DNA from: Candidatus Omnitrophota bacterium
Lineage (GTDB): Bacteria > Omnitrophota > Gorgyraeia > 2-01-FULL-45-10
Assembly (NCBI GenBank): GCA_041650935.1
Contig: JBAZKH010000001.1
Location: 139,945 to 203,944, forward strand
DNA: 64,000 bases
Direction of reading: 5' to 3'
Numbering within the stretch: position 1 is the first letter of the stretch; each line of letters opens with the position of its first letter. Of this stretch, positions 36,981-47,868 are shown one piece after another. Position numbers and translations under genes: made by a program. Under the pieces are notes generated by a model. That model was not told the origin of the DNA and ran no database searches. It saw only the letters and a list, made by a program, of their open reading frames with translations.

Positions 36981-38153
36981 ATGATGATGAAAATTGAGCG
37001 ATCGGAGAGGCTGAAAAACCTGCCGCCGTACCTGTTCGTCGAGATCGATAAGGCGAAAAAGCGCGCGCGCGACGAGGGGCGCGATATAATCGACCTGGGA
37101 ATAGGCGATCCCGACATCCCGACCCCGCGATTTATAATCGACGCGCTCAATAGAGCCGCGCGCGATCCGCGGAACCACCGGTATCCGCTCGACCAGGGAC
37201 TGCCGGAATTCAGGCAAGAGTGTGCCAGATGGCTTTCGGCGCGTTTCGGTGTATCGTTCGATCCCGAAAGCGAAATATACCCGCTGGTAGGTTCGAAAGA
37301 AGGGATCGCTCATATACCGCTTGCTTTCGTCAACCCCGGCGATATCGTACTCGTGCCGGATCCGGGTTATCCGCCGTACAGGTCGGGCGCATTGTTCGCC
37401 GGCGGCGAGGTTCTCAAAATGCCTCTTTTGGAAAAAAATCATTTCCTGCCGGACCTGAAGGCGATAAATCACGCATCGATGCATAAGATAAAGATGCTAT
37501 TCATAAATTATCCCAACAATCCGACCGCGGCGGTATGCGATAAGAGATTTCTGAAGGAGGCGGTCGATTTTGCCGCCAAACACAATATCATAGTCTGCCA
37601 CGATGCCTCGTACTCCGAAATAGCGTTCGGCGGGTTTAAGCCTCCGAGCATATTCGAAGTCGACGGCGCAAAGGATGTGGCGATAGAGTTTCATTCTCTT
37701 TCGAAGACATTCAATATGACCGGGTGGCGGCTGGGGTTTGCCATCGGTAACAAGGAGATCGTGGCGGGCCTTGCGAAGGTAAAGTCGAATATAGATTCCG
37801 GGTGTTTCTTCGCGATCCAGTGGGCGGGCGTCGCGGCGTTAAAGAATTACGACAGGCACATCAGGTCCGTGCTCAAGATATACGAAGAGCGCCGGAACGT
37901 CCTGGTCGACGGTCTCAATTCGCTGGGGTGGCACATCGCCAGACCGAAGGCCACATTCTATGTCTGGGCGCGCGTCCCGGCCAGGTACACTTCAGCCTCT
38001 TTCGCGAAAGAGCTGTTGGAGCGGTGCGATATCGTTGCGACGCCGGGTAACGGGTTTGGAGATAGCGGCGAAGGGTATGTCCGTTTTGCTCTCACCGTCG
38101 ATAAGAGACGGATCAAGGAAGCGGTGGACCGGATCAAGGAGAGAATGCAATGA
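36981..38153 (+). CDS. dapL: LL-diaminopimelate aminotransferase
   Basis: N-terminus ...RLKNLPPYLFVEIDKAKKRARDEGRDIIDLGIGDPD is diagnostic of DapL. Class I aminotransferase fold. Confidence 0.85.
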   Translation: MMMKIERSERLKNLPPYLFVEIDKAKKRARDEGRDIIDLGIGDPDIPTPRFIIDALNRAARDPRNHRYPLDQGLPEFRQECARWLSARFGVSFDPESEIYPLVGSKEGIAHIPLAFVNPGDIVLVPDPGYPPYRSGALFAGGEVLKMPLLEKNHFLPDLKAINHASMHKIKMLFINYPNNPTAAVCDKRFLKEAVDFAAKHNIIVCHDASYSEIAFGGFKPPSIFEVDGAKDVAIEFHSLSKTFNMTGWRLGFAIGNKEIVAGLAKVKSNIDSGCFFAIQWAGVAALKNYDRHIRSVLKIYEERRNVLVDGLNSLGWHIARPKATFYVWARVPARYTSASFAKELLERCDIVATPGNGFGDSGEGYVRFALTVDKRRIKEAVDRIKERMQ

Positions 38154-38266
38154 TTACAAATGACAAAATCCGAATGACAAATCAATCTTTAAATGACTAA
38201 CATAAACATTTGATATCGGTATTTAACGATTGATTTGGATTTTGAAATTTGAAATTGGGATTTTTG
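38148..38266 (+). repeat. AT-rich palindromic element, family A copy 2
   Basis: ...AAATGACAAAATCCGAATGACAAATCAATCTTTAAATGA...TATTTAACGATTGATTTGGATTTTGAAATTT... Confidence 0.7.
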
Positions 38267-38269
38267 CGG

Positions 38270-38674
38270 ATGGTTATCTGCTATATCGGTATAGGGTCGA
38301 ATCTTGGTGATAGGCAGGGATATATCGATAAGGCCGTAGAAGAGCTGAAGAGAAGCAAGGATATAAGTTTCAAGAGAAGTTCTTCGATATACGAAACGGA
38401 TCCGGTTAGCGTTATACCGCAGGGTAAGTTTTTAAACGGCGTCCTGGAGATAGAGACCTCTCTTAGTCCTCGGGGGCTGCTAAAAGAACTGAACAGGATC
38501 GAGGAGGCGCTTGGCAGGCGAAGGACCGTGAAAGACGCGCCGCGCGAGATCGATCTCGATATTTTGTATTACGGAGAAGATGTTGTAGCGGCGGCGGGCC
38601 TGCAGATCCCCCATCCGCGTATTGCGGAAAGGGAGTTTGTTTTAAAAGGTTTGCGAGAATTGAGAAAGGCTTAA
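38270..38674 (+). CDS. folK: 2-amino-4-hydroxy-6-hydroxymethyldihydropteridine pyrophosphokinase (HPPK)
   Basis: MVICYIGIGSNLGDR... and REIDLDILYYG motifs. Confidence 0.85.
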   Translation: MVICYIGIGSNLGDRQGYIDKAVEELKRSKDISFKRSSSIYETDPVSVIPQGKFLNGVLEIETSLSPRGLLKELNRIEEALGRRRTVKDAPREIDLDILYYGEDVVAAAGLQIPHPRIAEREFVLKGLRELRKA

Positions 38675-38675
38675 A

Positions 38676-39527
38676 TTGAAGGTTGTTGATAACATAGCGA
38701 GGATGACGACCCTCGTAAAGATCTTCAAAAAAGAAGGCAAGTCTATAGGCCTTGTCCCTACAATGGGATATCTGCATGAAGGCCATCTATCGCTTGTACG
38801 CGCCGCCGGGAAACATACGGATGCGGCGGTGTTGAGTATATTTGTCAACCCCATCCAATTCGGCCCGAAAGAGGATTTCGAAAAATACCCCAGAGACTTA
38901 AAGCGCGACGAGGAGCTTGCCGCATCGGCGGGCGCCGATATAATTTTCACGCCCGCCGCCAAAGATATGTACCCCGCGGGATATTCTACTTACGTCAACG
39001 TCGAAAATCTCACCGACGGGTTGTGCGGCGCGTCGAGGGCCGGCCATTTCAGAGGTGTTACCACGGTGGTCGCAAAACTTTTCGAGATAGTCCGGCCGGA
39101 TATCGCGTACTTCGGCCAGAAAGATGCCCAGCAGGCGATAGTAATAAAGAAGATGGCCGCGGACCTGAATATGGGTATCGAAGTAAAGATCATGCCTACG
39201 GTGCGCGAGCCGGACGGCCTGGCCATGAGCTCGCGGAATAGCTACCTTTCCCCGGAGGAGAAAAAAGACGCGCTCGTGCTGAGGGAGTCCCTTAAAAAGG
39301 CCGAGGATATGGTAAGATCGGGCGAGCGGGATTCGCGAAAGATCGTGCGGACGATGGAAACCATGATAAAAAATATCCCGTCGGCAAAGATAGATTATGT
39401 GTCGATCGTCGATACGGCCGGATTAAAAGAGGTGAAGACTATAGCCGGAGAGGCCCTGATAGCGCTTGCCGTATTCATCGGGCGGACCAGGCTCATAGAC
39501 AATGTAATTGTGAAAGGTGCAAAATGA
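38676..39527 (+). CDS. panC: pantoate--beta-alanine ligase
   Basis: [19 protein letters not shown]-type motif. Confidence 0.9.
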   Translation: MKVVDNIARMTTLVKIFKKEGKSIGLVPTMGYLHEGHLSLVRAAGKHTDAAVLSIFVNPIQFGPKEDFEKYPRDLKRDEELAASAGADIIFTPAAKDMYPAGYSTYVNVENLTDGLCGASRAGHFRGVTTVVAKLFEIVRPDIAYFGQKDAQQAIVIKKMAADLNMGIEVKIMPTVREPDGLAMSSRNSYLSPEEKKDALVLRESLKKAEDMVRSGERDSRKIVRTMETMIKNIPSAKIDYVSIVDTAGLKEVKTIAGEALIALAVFIGRTRLIDNVIVKGAK

Positions 39528-40495
39528 CCAGCATAGACAGCGGTGATTTAAAATATAACGAGACATTAAAGAAGAAGATAGAGAAACTTAAGAAACGCCG
39601 GAATGCCGTGATAATCGCGCACAATTACCAGCGCGATGAGATACAGGAGATAGCTGATATCAGCGGAGACTCGCTGGCGCTTTCCCAGGCCGCGGTAAGG
39701 ACTGACGCCGATGTTATCGTATTTTGCGGCGTCCAGTTCATGGCGGAATCGGCGTCTATCCTTAACCCGGATAAGAAGGTGCTGCTGCCGGTTATGGAAG
39801 CCGGCTGTCCACTGGCCGATATGATAACCCCGGAGAAATTGCGCGCCAGTAAGGCCGAGCATCCGAAGGCGGCCGTTGTATGTTATGTCAATTCTTCCGC
39901 AGAGGTCAAGGCGGAGAGTGACATAGCCTGTACCTCGAGTAACGCCGTGGAAGTAGTGCGGGCGCTTGAGGAGGAGGAGATAATCTTCGTTCCCGACAGG
40001 AACCTCGGCCGTTATGTCCAGTCGCAGATCCCGGAGAAGCGTATAATCCTGTGGGATGGTTTTTGCCCGACGCATATAAGGGTCCAGGAAGAGGATATCG
40101 TAAAGGCGAAGCGCGCGCACCCGCAGGCTGAGGTGATAGCGCATCCGGAATGCAACCCCGGCGTGCTGGCATTATCGGACCATATATGTTCGACGGGCGG
40201 GATGTTTACGTACGTAAAAAAGTCGGACACAAAAGAGTTTATAATCGCTACGGAATCCGGCATGCTGTATAAATTACAAAAAGATAACCCCGGGAAAATG
40301 TTCTTTTTACCGACTCCGCATCTCGTCTGCGCTAATATGAAGCTGATAACCCTGGGCTGGGTTGCCCACAGTCTCGAGAAGATGGTCTACGAGATAAAGG
40401 TTTCTGACGAAGTCCGTGAGAAGGCGAAGAGGGCTCTCGACAGGATGCTTGCGGTTACCGGTGAAAAGAAGGGTGCTGCGATCGCGGGGTATTGA
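39524..40495 (+). CDS. nadA: quinolinate synthase A
   Basis: [17 protein letters not shown]-terminus and conserved Cys ligands. Confidence 0.9.
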   Translation: MTSIDSGDLKYNETLKKKIEKLKKRRNAVIIAHNYQRDEIQEIADISGDSLALSQAAVRTDADVIVFCGVQFMAESASILNPDKKVLLPVMEAGCPLADMITPEKLRASKAEHPKAAVVCYVNSSAEVKAESDIACTSSNAVEVVRALEEEEIIFVPDRNLGRYVQSQIPEKRIILWDGFCPTHIRVQEEDIVKAKRAHPQAEVIAHPECNPGVLALSDHICSTGGMFTYVKKSDTKEFIIATESGMLYKLQKDNPGKMFFLPTPHLVCANMKLITLGWVAHSLEKMVYEIKVSDEVREKAKRALDRMLAVTGEKKGAAIAGY

Positions 40496-40598
40496 GTTAA
40501 GTGGAGGTTGGGGTATTTAAGTGAGATGAAGGTTAGGGTATGGGGTGTAGGTATGGGAAAGCCGGCGTTTTGGTTTTTAATATACACTGAAAGTCGAT

Positions 40599-41417
40599 AT
40601 GAGCCGTAAACGTTTGAAAGTCGGAATTATCGGTTGCGGGACGATAGGTGGTGAACTGGCACGCGCCTGCCAATCATGCCTTAAGGCAGGGGTTGCGCTG
40701 GTTGCTATATGTGACCAGGATGAAGCAAGGGCGCGGACGCTGAATGCCGGTTTAAATAAAAAAGCGGCTGTGCTTGGTCTCGATAAACTTATCGAAAATT
40801 GCGACCTGGTCGTCGAAGCCGCAAGTGCCAGGATTTCGGGAGTGGTCCTGGACCGGTGCATTAAACGGCGCAGGGATTGTATGATAATGAGCGTAGGGGG
40901 ACTTATCGGGTGCGAGAAGCTTCTTGAAAAAGCCGGGGATAAAGGCATAAAGGTTTATATACCGAGCGGCGCCCTGTGCGGTATCGACGGGTTAAAGTCC
41001 GCTTCGAGCGGACGGGTCGATTCGGTTACGCTTACAACCAGGAAGCCGCCGCGCGGCCTTGAGGGCGCGCCGTATCTGAAAGAGAACCGGATCGATATCG
41101 GCAATATACGCGGTGAGACCGTAATATTCGAAGGGACAGCCGAGGAGGCGATCAGGGGATTCCCGCAGAATGTCAATGTCTCCGCCGCGCTTGGACTGGC
41201 GGGACTAGGGGCGCGGAGGACGCGTGTCAGGATCGTTACTTCGCCCGACTATACGAAGAATGCCCATGAAGTCGAGATAGAGGGCGAGTGCGGCCGTATA
41301 TTTACACGGACCGAAAATGTGCCGTCGAAAGCGAACCCAAAGACGAGCGAGCTGGCGGTATTTTCGGCAATAGCCACACTCAAGGCCATCACGTCGAGCG
41401 TGAGAATAGGAACATAA
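40599..41417 (+). CDS. nadX: L-aspartate dehydrogenase
   Basis: KVGIIGCGTIGGELA Rossmann N-terminus. ~270 aa Asp_DH family. Sits immediately after nadA. Confidence 0.6.
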   Translation: MSRKRLKVGIIGCGTIGGELARACQSCLKAGVALVAICDQDEARARTLNAGLNKKAAVLGLDKLIENCDLVVEAASARISGVVLDRCIKRRRDCMIMSVGGLIGCEKLLEKAGDKGIKVYIPSGALCGIDGLKSASSGRVDSVTLTTRKPPRGLEGAPYLKENRIDIGNIRGETVIFEGTAEEAIRGFPQNVNVSAALGLAGLGARRTRVRIVTSPDYTKNAHEVEIEGECGRIFTRTENVPSKANPKTSELAVFSAIATLKAITSSVRIGT

Positions 41418-41420
41418 CAA

Positions 41421-41521
41421 TGGATAATAAATTCGAAATTCTAAATCCGAAATACGAAACAAATTATAATTTTCCAAATTACGATTTCGTATTTGTTTCG
41501 AATTTCGATATTCGGATTTAG
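41421..41521 (+). repeat. AT-rich palindromic element (variant family B)
   Basis: CTAAATCCGAAATACGAAACAAA ... TTTGTTTCGAATTTCGATATTCGGATTTAG inverted repeat. The 77-aa track ORF over it is probably spurious. Confidence 0.6.
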
Positions 41522-41530
41522 TGATTTAGA

Positions 41531-42265
41531 ATGAGACTTTTAAGCGGGACAGGTTTCTATATATCGAAGAAGATCGGCAAGGCGATTGCCGATTACAACC
41601 TTATCGAGGACAAAGACAGGATACTTGTGGCGGTCTCGGGCGGCAAAGACAGCATGGCGCTTTTAAAACTGCTTGCCGAACGCCAAAAATGGGCCCCGAT
41701 AAAATATGAACTGGCCGCTATCCATATCGAGACGGATATTAAAGGCATGGGATCCGTCAATACGGCCAGGCTGAGGAAATTTTTTAAAGAGAACAAAATA
41801 AAATATTGCTTCAAAAAAATAAAATTAGCAAACCGGCGGAAAGAGACTTCATGCTTCTGGTGCTCGTGGAACAGGCGAAAGGCGATCTTTCTCGCGGCCG
41901 ATAAATTGAAGTGTAATAAGATAGCGTTCGGGCACCATAAGGACGATATCATAGAGACGCTCCTTCTCAATATATTCTATCACGGGGAGTTTGCCGCCAT
42001 GAACCCGCGGCAGGAACTCTTTGGCGGCAAGATAATCATAATACGGCCGCTCTGTTATGTCGAAGAAGACCTCGTGAGGAAGTTTGCGAGAGAATCGGGT
42101 TTCCCGGTGCAGAAGTGCAATTGCCCGAACTCCGATACATCCAAGCGGCGGCTCATGAAGAATATGATAAGATCTCTTGAAAAGGATTGTTCGTTCGTTA
42201 AGACCAATATTTTCAGGAGTGTTTCAAGAGTGAAAGAGGAGTATATAGATCTGAAAAATAAATGA
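41531..42265 (+). CDS. ttcA: tRNA 2-thiocytidine synthase-like PP-loop ATPase
   Basis: SGGKDS PP-loop, CFWCS Cys pair, GHHKDD, C-terminal CNCP. Confidence 0.6.
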   Translation: MRLLSGTGFYISKKIGKAIADYNLIEDKDRILVAVSGGKDSMALLKLLAERQKWAPIKYELAAIHIETDIKGMGSVNTARLRKFFKENKIKYCFKKIKLANRRKETSCFWCSWNRRKAIFLAADKLKCNKIAFGHHKDDIIETLLLNIFYHGEFAAMNPRQELFGGKIIIIRPLCYVEEDLVRKFARESGFPVQKCNCPNSDTSKRRLMKNMIRSLEKDCSFVKTNIFRSVSRVKEEYIDLKNK

Positions 42266-42284
42266 GGAAGGGGGGTGAATTATA

Positions 42285-42527
42285 ATGGCAGAAAAAGTCG
42301 CAAAGGTAGGGATAAAGCGTAAGAAGGGTTATCTCTATTACGTGGATAAGAAAGGCAACGTGGTTGAGACGAAGATGGCGAGAGGCAAATCCAAGGGGGG
42401 CGGCGGTAAGGTAGTGGCGAAACCCGCGGTAAAGAAGGCAAAAGGATACCTCTATTTCGTCGATAAGAAAGGCGACGTCTCGAGAGCTAAGATGCTCGTA
42501 GGCGGCAAGAGGAAAAAAAGGAAATAG
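42285..42527 (+). CDS. small lysine-rich protein with two internal KGYLY(Y/F)VDKKG(N/D)V repeats
   Basis: 80 aa. SD GAAGGGGGGTG upstream. Internal duplication of a ~23-aa unit. Confidence 0.55.
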   Translation: MAEKVAKVGIKRKKGYLYYVDKKGNVVETKMARGKSKGGGGKVVAKPAVKKAKGYLYFVDKKGDVSRAKMLVGGKRKKRK

Positions 42528-42537
42528 TCGTAATAAA

Positions 42538-42597
42538 AGGGACAGGTACCTCATTTTCACTACCTTTGTATGGAAAATAGGTATCTGTCCCTATTTA
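42538..42597 (+). terminator. hairpin AGGGACAGGTACC...GGTATCTGTCCCT followed by ATTT
   Basis: 13-bp stem with one mismatch. Confidence 0.45.
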
Positions 42598-42603
42598 AAT
42601 TTT

Positions 42604-45420
42604 ATGGAAAAAGATACGATCTTTATAAAAGGCGCAAAGGAACACAACTTAAAGAATATAGATCTCGAAATACCGAGGGGGCGGCTCGTTGTCGTAACGG
42701 GCCTTTCCGGCTCCGGTAAATCGTCGCTTGCATTTGACACGATATATGCGGAGGGTCAGCGCCGGTATGTCGAGTCGCTCTCCAGTTACGCGCGGCAATT
42801 CCTTGAACAACTGCAGAAGCCGGATGTAGAATATATCGACGGCCTTTCGCCCGCGATAAGTATCGAGCAGAGGACCGCCGGATCCAACCCCCGCTCTACC
42901 GTCGGAACACAGACCGAGATACATGATTACCTGAGGCTTTTATATGCGAGCATCGGTGTGCCCCATTGCCCGAAATGCGGCAAACCTATCGAAAGACAGA
43001 CCGCGCAGGAGATAGTAGAGCAGATTATGGGCCTGCCGGCCGAGACACGGATACTTGTACTTGCTCCGCTCGTGCGCGGCAGGAAGGGTGAATACCGCGA
43101 ATTATTCGATAAAGTGAAAAAAGACGGCTTTGTAAGGGTGCGGGTGGACGGAAAGATATCCGAGCTCGAGCACCCGGTAAAGCTCGATAAGAATAAGAAG
43201 CACGATATAGAAGTCGTAGTCGACAGGCTCGTTATGAAAGGCGATGTGAGGCGGCGGCTCACCGATTCGGTAGAGACTGCCCTCGAGGCCGCGAGCGGCC
43301 TGGTCATAGTCAGCCCCGAACTACGAAATACGAGCGACGAACGACTAACGACGAATAAAGATATCCTCTTCAACGAACAATACGCCTGCGGCGATTGCGG
43401 TATAAGTTTCGAAGAGTTGACCCCGAGGATATTCTCATTCAATTCCCCTTACGGCGCATGTCCGGGCTGCGACGGCCTGGGCAATAAGATGGAGATAGAC
43501 CCGGAACTCGTCATATCCGATAAATCCAAACCGCTGATCAACTGCGTCGACGCATGGAGGCGCGGCGGTAAAGGGCTTTACCTGTATTACAGGAGGTTAT
43601 TGCGTTCGCTTGCGCACGCACATGGCTTCGATGTCGAGACGCCGTTTAAGGACCTGCCGAAGGATATCAAACGGCTCGTTCTTTACGGCGAGGGGAAGGA
43701 GGGGCATGGCTGGGGTGTATATGAGGGTGTAGTACCCAATCTCGAGCGGCGTTTCCGCGAGACGGAGAGCGAGTTTATAAAGACAGAGATAAACAAATAT
43801 ATGTCGGTCCTGCCGTGCCCGGTCTGCAAAGGCGCCCGGTTGAAACCGGAGAGCCTTGCCGTCAAGGTTTGCAGGAAGAATATCGCCGAAATTTCGGCGA
43901 TGTCGATAAAGGATCTTAAAGTTTTTATGTCGGATCTGCATCTTACGCCCGCGCAGGCGAAGATAGCCCACCAGGTCCTGAAAGAGATAGCCTCGAGGCT
44001 GCAATTCATGATAAATGTCGGGCTTGATTACCTTACCCTCGAGCGGCGCAGCTATACCCTGTCCGGGGGTGAGGCCCAGCGGATCAGGCTGGCCACGCAA
44101 ATCGGATCAGGGCTCGTCGGGGTCATCTATATACTTGACGAACCTAGCATAGGCCTGCACCAGAAGGATAATGACAAGCTTCTCGATACGCTCATTACGC
44201 TCCGCGATCTCGGCAATACACTGATCGTCGTCGAGCACGATGAGGCGACGATCAGGAAGGCCGATTATATAATAGATCTAGGCCCCGGCGCGGGCGAGCA
44301 CGGCGGATATGTTATGGCCAGCGGGCCGTTAAAGGATATTCTTGCGTCTAAGGATTCCTTGACGGGTAAATATTTAAGGGGTGAATTCAAAATAGCGGTA
44401 CCCGGCACCAGAAGGCCTTACGACGGCAGTAAACGTCTTAAGATAATCGGTGCGCGCGAACATAACCTCAAAGGCATCGACGTCGAGATACCGCTGGGAC
44501 TATTCGTCTGCGTTACGGGCGTATCGGGCTCCGGCAAGAGCACGCTTGTCGACGATATCTTATACAGGGCCCTTGCCAAAAAATTTTACCGGTCCAAGGA
44601 GCGGCCCGGCGAGCATAAAAAAATCGAAGGTACGCAATTTATAGACAAAGTTATCGTCATAGACCAGTCGCCGATCGGCAGGACGCCGCGGTCGAATCCC
44701 GCGACCTATACGGGCGCATTTTCTTTTATCAGGGATCTCTTCTCTAAACTGCCGGAGTCGAAGGTGCGCGGGTATAAACCCGGCCGTTTCAGCTTTAACG
44801 TCAAGGGCGGCAGATGCGAATCCTGTATGGGTGACGGTATAAAGAAGATAGAGATGCATTTCCTGCCCGATATTTACGTCCAGTGCGAGGTTTGCAAAGG
44901 CAGGCGATTTAACGCGCAGACACTCGAGGTAAAATATAAAGGCAAATCGATAGCGGATATCCTCGAAACTTCCGTCGAGGAGGCCCTCGTTCTTTTCGCG
45001 CAGATACCGTCGATCAGGAATAAGCTCAAGACCCTTAATGACGTGGGTCTCGGCTATATAAAATTGGGGCAGTCGGCTACCACGCTTTCCGGCGGTGAGG
45101 CGCAGAGGATAAAACTTGCCGCGGAGCTCTCCAAGACGGCTACCGGCAGGACGCTCTATATGCTCGACGAACCGACGACGGGGCTGCACTTTGCGGATAC
45201 GAACAAACTCTTGTCCGTATTGCAGGCTCTGGTCGAAAACGGGAACACGGTGCTCGTGATAGAACACAATCTCGACGTGATAAAATCGGCCGATTACATA
45301 ATAGATCTCGGCCCGGAGGGCGGCCAGGACGGCGGAACGGTTACCTGCGCCGGTACGCCGGAAGAGATCGTTAAAGAGACGAGATCGTATACAGGACAAT
45401 ATCTCAAGGAAGTGTTGTAA
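42604..45420 (+). CDS. uvrA: excinuclease ABC subunit A
   Basis: 938 aa. Two ABC ATPase modules (GLSGSGKSS / GVSGSGKST) and zinc-finger Cys clusters. Confidence 0.95.
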   Translation: MEKDTIFIKGAKEHNLKNIDLEIPRGRLVVVTGLSGSGKSSLAFDTIYAEGQRRYVESLSSYARQFLEQLQKPDVEYIDGLSPAISIEQRTAGSNPRSTVGTQTEIHDYLRLLYASIGVPHCPKCGKPIERQTAQEIVEQIMGLPAETRILVLAPLVRGRKGEYRELFDKVKKDGFVRVRVDGKISELEHPVKLDKNKKHDIEVVVDRLVMKGDVRRRLTDSVETALEAASGLVIVSPELRNTSDERLTTNKDILFNEQYACGDCGISFEELTPRIFSFNSPYGACPGCDGLGNKMEIDPELVISDKSKPLINCVDAWRRGGKGLYLYYRRLLRSLAHAHGFDVETPFKDLPKDIKRLVLYGEGKEGHGWGVYEGVVPNLERRFRETESEFIKTEINKYMSVLPCPVCKGARLKPESLAVKVCRKNIAEISAMSIKDLKVFMSDLHLTPAQAKIAHQVLKEIASRLQFMINVGLDYLTLERRSYTLSGGEAQRIRLATQIGSGLVGVIYILDEPSIGLHQKDNDKLLDTLITLRDLGNTLIVVEHDEATIRKADYIIDLGPGAGEHGGYVMASGPLKDILASKDSLTGKYLRGEFKIAVPGTRRPYDGSKRLKIIGAREHNLKGIDVEIPLGLFVCVTGVSGSGKSTLVDDILYRALAKKFYRSKERPGEHKKIEGTQFIDKVIVIDQSPIGRTPRSNPATYTGAFSFIRDLFSKLPESKVRGYKPGRFSFNVKGGRCESCMGDGIKKIEMHFLPDIYVQCEVCKGRRFNAQTLEVKYKGKSIADILETSVEEALVLFAQIPSIRNKLKTLNDVGLGYIKLGQSATTLSGGEAQRIKLAAELSKTATGRTLYMLDEPTTGLHFADTNKLLSVLQALVENGNTVLVIEHNLDVIKSADYIIDLGPEGGQDGGTVTCAGTPEEIVKETRSYTGQYLKEVL

Positions 45421-45421
45421 A

Positions 45422-47743
45422 ATGATATTTAGAGCGGCGGTGCTGATAATGCTGATGCCCATCTCCGTCTTTGCGGCTCAGACTATGGAGGAAGGCGATT
45501 TCCTGGTCGCCAGGAAGGCTTTCAAGGACGGCCTCTACGACCTGGCCGGAGAGAGGCTCGAATCGATATTGCATAATTATCCCAACACGCCGCGCATATA
45601 TGAAGCGCATTTACTTCTCGGGAAGTCGTATCTGCGCCAGAACAACTTTTCGCGGGCGTCCTACGAATTCGAAGTTGTTATCAACGCGCCTGCCGGCAGC
45701 GATTCGCAGGACGCGGCTCTCTACTGGCTCGGCGAAATCTGCCTGAAGAACGGTGATTATAAGAGGGCGCTCGAACTCTACCAGCGCATCATGGATGAAT
45801 TCACGTCGTCTTTTTACATGAGCCATGCCCTCTACTCGAAAGGCTGGTGTTATTACAAGCTGGGACTCCTCGACGACGCCGTAACCTGTTTTAAAGAGGC
45901 CGTAGCGAAGTATCCACTCGAGGAAGCGGCGCCCGAGGCGCAGTTCCGGATAGGAGAATGCAAATATCTCGTGGCGGATTATACCGGCGCCGAAACTGAG
46001 CTTAAAAAGTTTATAGAGGAATTTCCGGTCTCCGAGAAGACGGCGGCGGCGTACTACCTGATGGGCGAGGTGAATTTTTTCCAGGCCAAATATAAAGACG
46101 CGGTTACTTATTTCCAGCGTGCCCTGGCAATTTCTCCGGAAGCCGCATGGTCATCTTTTGCCGCGTACCGCATGGCCGAGTCATTTTTCGGCGCGGGCGA
46201 TTACGCGGCAAGCATCAAAGAGTACAGGAGATGCCTGGCAAAGCGTAGTAACGGTCTTCTCTCAGGCGCGTCTTTAACCGGACTTGGCCGGGCCTGCGAG
46301 CGGACGGGTTCTACGGCTGAAGCCGTCAGGGCGTATGATGAAGTTATAGCGATGAGGTCGAAGAACGAAGCGGCGGCAGAGGCTTATTATAGAAAGGCGG
46401 CTATTCTATCGGCCGCGCGGAAATATGACGATGCCGAAAGGCTATGCAGGGACGGTATAGAAAAATTTCCTGGAGCCAAATATGCCGACGAACTTCATTA
46501 TGAGCTTGGCCGCATATATTCGCTGACCGGCAGGCGCGATGACGCGATACGGGAATTCCGGTGGGTCCAGGATAATTCGGGTGATCCGGCCCTTGCCGCA
46601 AACGCGATTGCCGGGATAGGAGAGATATATTACACCGCCAAAAAATTTAAGAGCGCGATGGAAAGTTATGACGCTATTTTGAGCAAGTATCCCGACAGCT
46701 CCGTTGCCGGCCGTGCCCAGGTTCAGGTTGGCAATGTATTTTTCGCGACGGATAATTTCGACCAGGCGGTCCTGGCATATCAGAGCGCGGTTACCAACTT
46801 TCCGGATACGGCGCTGCGCGCAGACGTTACGTTTTTACTGGGCGCGGCAAGCTTCAGGAAGGGTGACTTCAGGAGCGCTGCCGACTACTTGAAAAATTTC
46901 CTGGAATCGCCTGCCGGAGGCGAAACGGAGGAGCTTGCTAAATTGTACCTTGCAGATTCATTGTATTACACCGGTGATTATGCGGCGGCCATCCCTATTT
47001 ATAAGGCTATAAACAACGGCGCATTGAAGGCCATGGCGGATTATCAGGCCGGCTGGTGTTACTATAATACGGGCAGGGAGGCCGAAGCCGTCGAAGAATT
47101 TTCGCGATTTTCCAAAAATTATGCGTCCTCGCCCCTGGCCGCGGATGCGAGGTTCTGGCTGGGTGAATATTACAGCTCAAAGGGAAAATATGACAAGGCC
47201 AGGGAATCCTATTATTCGATTCCGATAGATTTTCCGTCGAGCGACCTTGCCGGCAGGGCCCTTTACCAGGCGGCCCTGACACTGCAGGACGAGGGAAAAT
47301 CCGAAGAGGCTGCGGGCAAGTTCGCCGAGCTGGCAGATAAATTCCCGGGATCCGACTTTGCTAGGAGCGGTTATAGACGGATGGCAAAATTCAGGCAGGA
47401 CAGGAAAGATTTCGACGGCGCGGTAGAGTGCCTTAAAAAGGCGCTCGGCGCCGGGAATAACGAGGCGAATGCGCAGGTTCAGTACGAGATATCGGAAATT
47501 TTAGAGGCGAAAGGAGACCTGCTTAAGGCGGCAGAAGAGTACCTCAAGGTTCCGCAGCTTTATTCCAACGGGGCTTTCTGGTGCGTCAGGGCACAATTTA
47601 AGGCCGCGCAGATATTCGAGCGAAACGGCCGTCCGGAAGAGGCGCGGCGGCTGTATGAAAAACTTGCGCGGATGGATGTCGAAGAGTCCGCTTTCGCGCA
47701 TGACCGCCTCGAATGGTTGAAGCGGCAGAGGCGGAAGCAGTAA
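45422..47743 (+). CDS. large periplasmic TPR-repeat protein (Tol-Pal associated, YbgF/CpoB-like repeats)
   Basis: Signal peptide plus many TPR-type repeats (...A.YWLGE.Y...G.Y..A...Y...). Confidence 0.75.
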   Translation: MIFRAAVLIMLMPISVFAAQTMEEGDFLVARKAFKDGLYDLAGERLESILHNYPNTPRIYEAHLLLGKSYLRQNNFSRASYEFEVVINAPAGSDSQDAALYWLGEICLKNGDYKRALELYQRIMDEFTSSFYMSHALYSKGWCYYKLGLLDDAVTCFKEAVAKYPLEEAAPEAQFRIGECKYLVADYTGAETELKKFIEEFPVSEKTAAAYYLMGEVNFFQAKYKDAVTYFQRALAISPEAAWSSFAAYRMAESFFGAGDYAASIKEYRRCLAKRSNGLLSGASLTGLGRACERTGSTAEAVRAYDEVIAMRSKNEAAAEAYYRKAAILSAARKYDDAERLCRDGIEKFPGAKYADELHYELGRIYSLTGRRDDAIREFRWVQDNSGDPALAANAIAGIGEIYYTAKKFKSAMESYDAILSKYPDSSVAGRAQVQVGNVFFATDNFDQAVLAYQSAVTNFPDTALRADVTFLLGAASFRKGDFRSAADYLKNFLESPAGGETEELAKLYLADSLYYTGDYAAAIPIYKAINNGALKAMADYQAGWCYYNTGREAEAVEEFSRFSKNYASSPLAADARFWLGEYYSSKGKYDKARESYYSIPIDFPSSDLAGRALYQAALTLQDEGKSEEAAGKFAELADKFPGSDFARSGYRRMAKFRQDRKDFDGAVECLKKALGAGNNEANAQVQYEISEILEAKGDLLKAAEEYLKVPQLYSNGAFWCVRAQFKAAQIFERNGRPEEARRLYEKLARMDVEESAFAHDRLEWLKRQRRKQ

Positions 47744-47848
47744 TGACGAATGTCAAATTTCAAAATCCAAATCAATCATTTAAAACCAAATATTTTAATG
47801 TTGGTCATTTAAAGATTGATTTGTCATTTGAAATTTAATAGTAACGCG
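47741..47848 (+). repeat. AT-rich palindromic element, family A copy 3
   Basis: TAATGACGAATGTCAAATTTCAAAATCCAAATCAATCATTTAAAA...TCATTTAAAGATTGATTTGTCATTTGAAATTT. Confidence 0.7.
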
Positions 47849-47868
47849 CATTTTAAGAGGAGGATAAT

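Noticed and set aside
41288-41521. 77-aa + strand ORF
   Set aside because: It lies entirely over the AT-rich palindromic element after nadX and overlaps the nadX 3' end. It has low-complexity composition and is most likely not coding.
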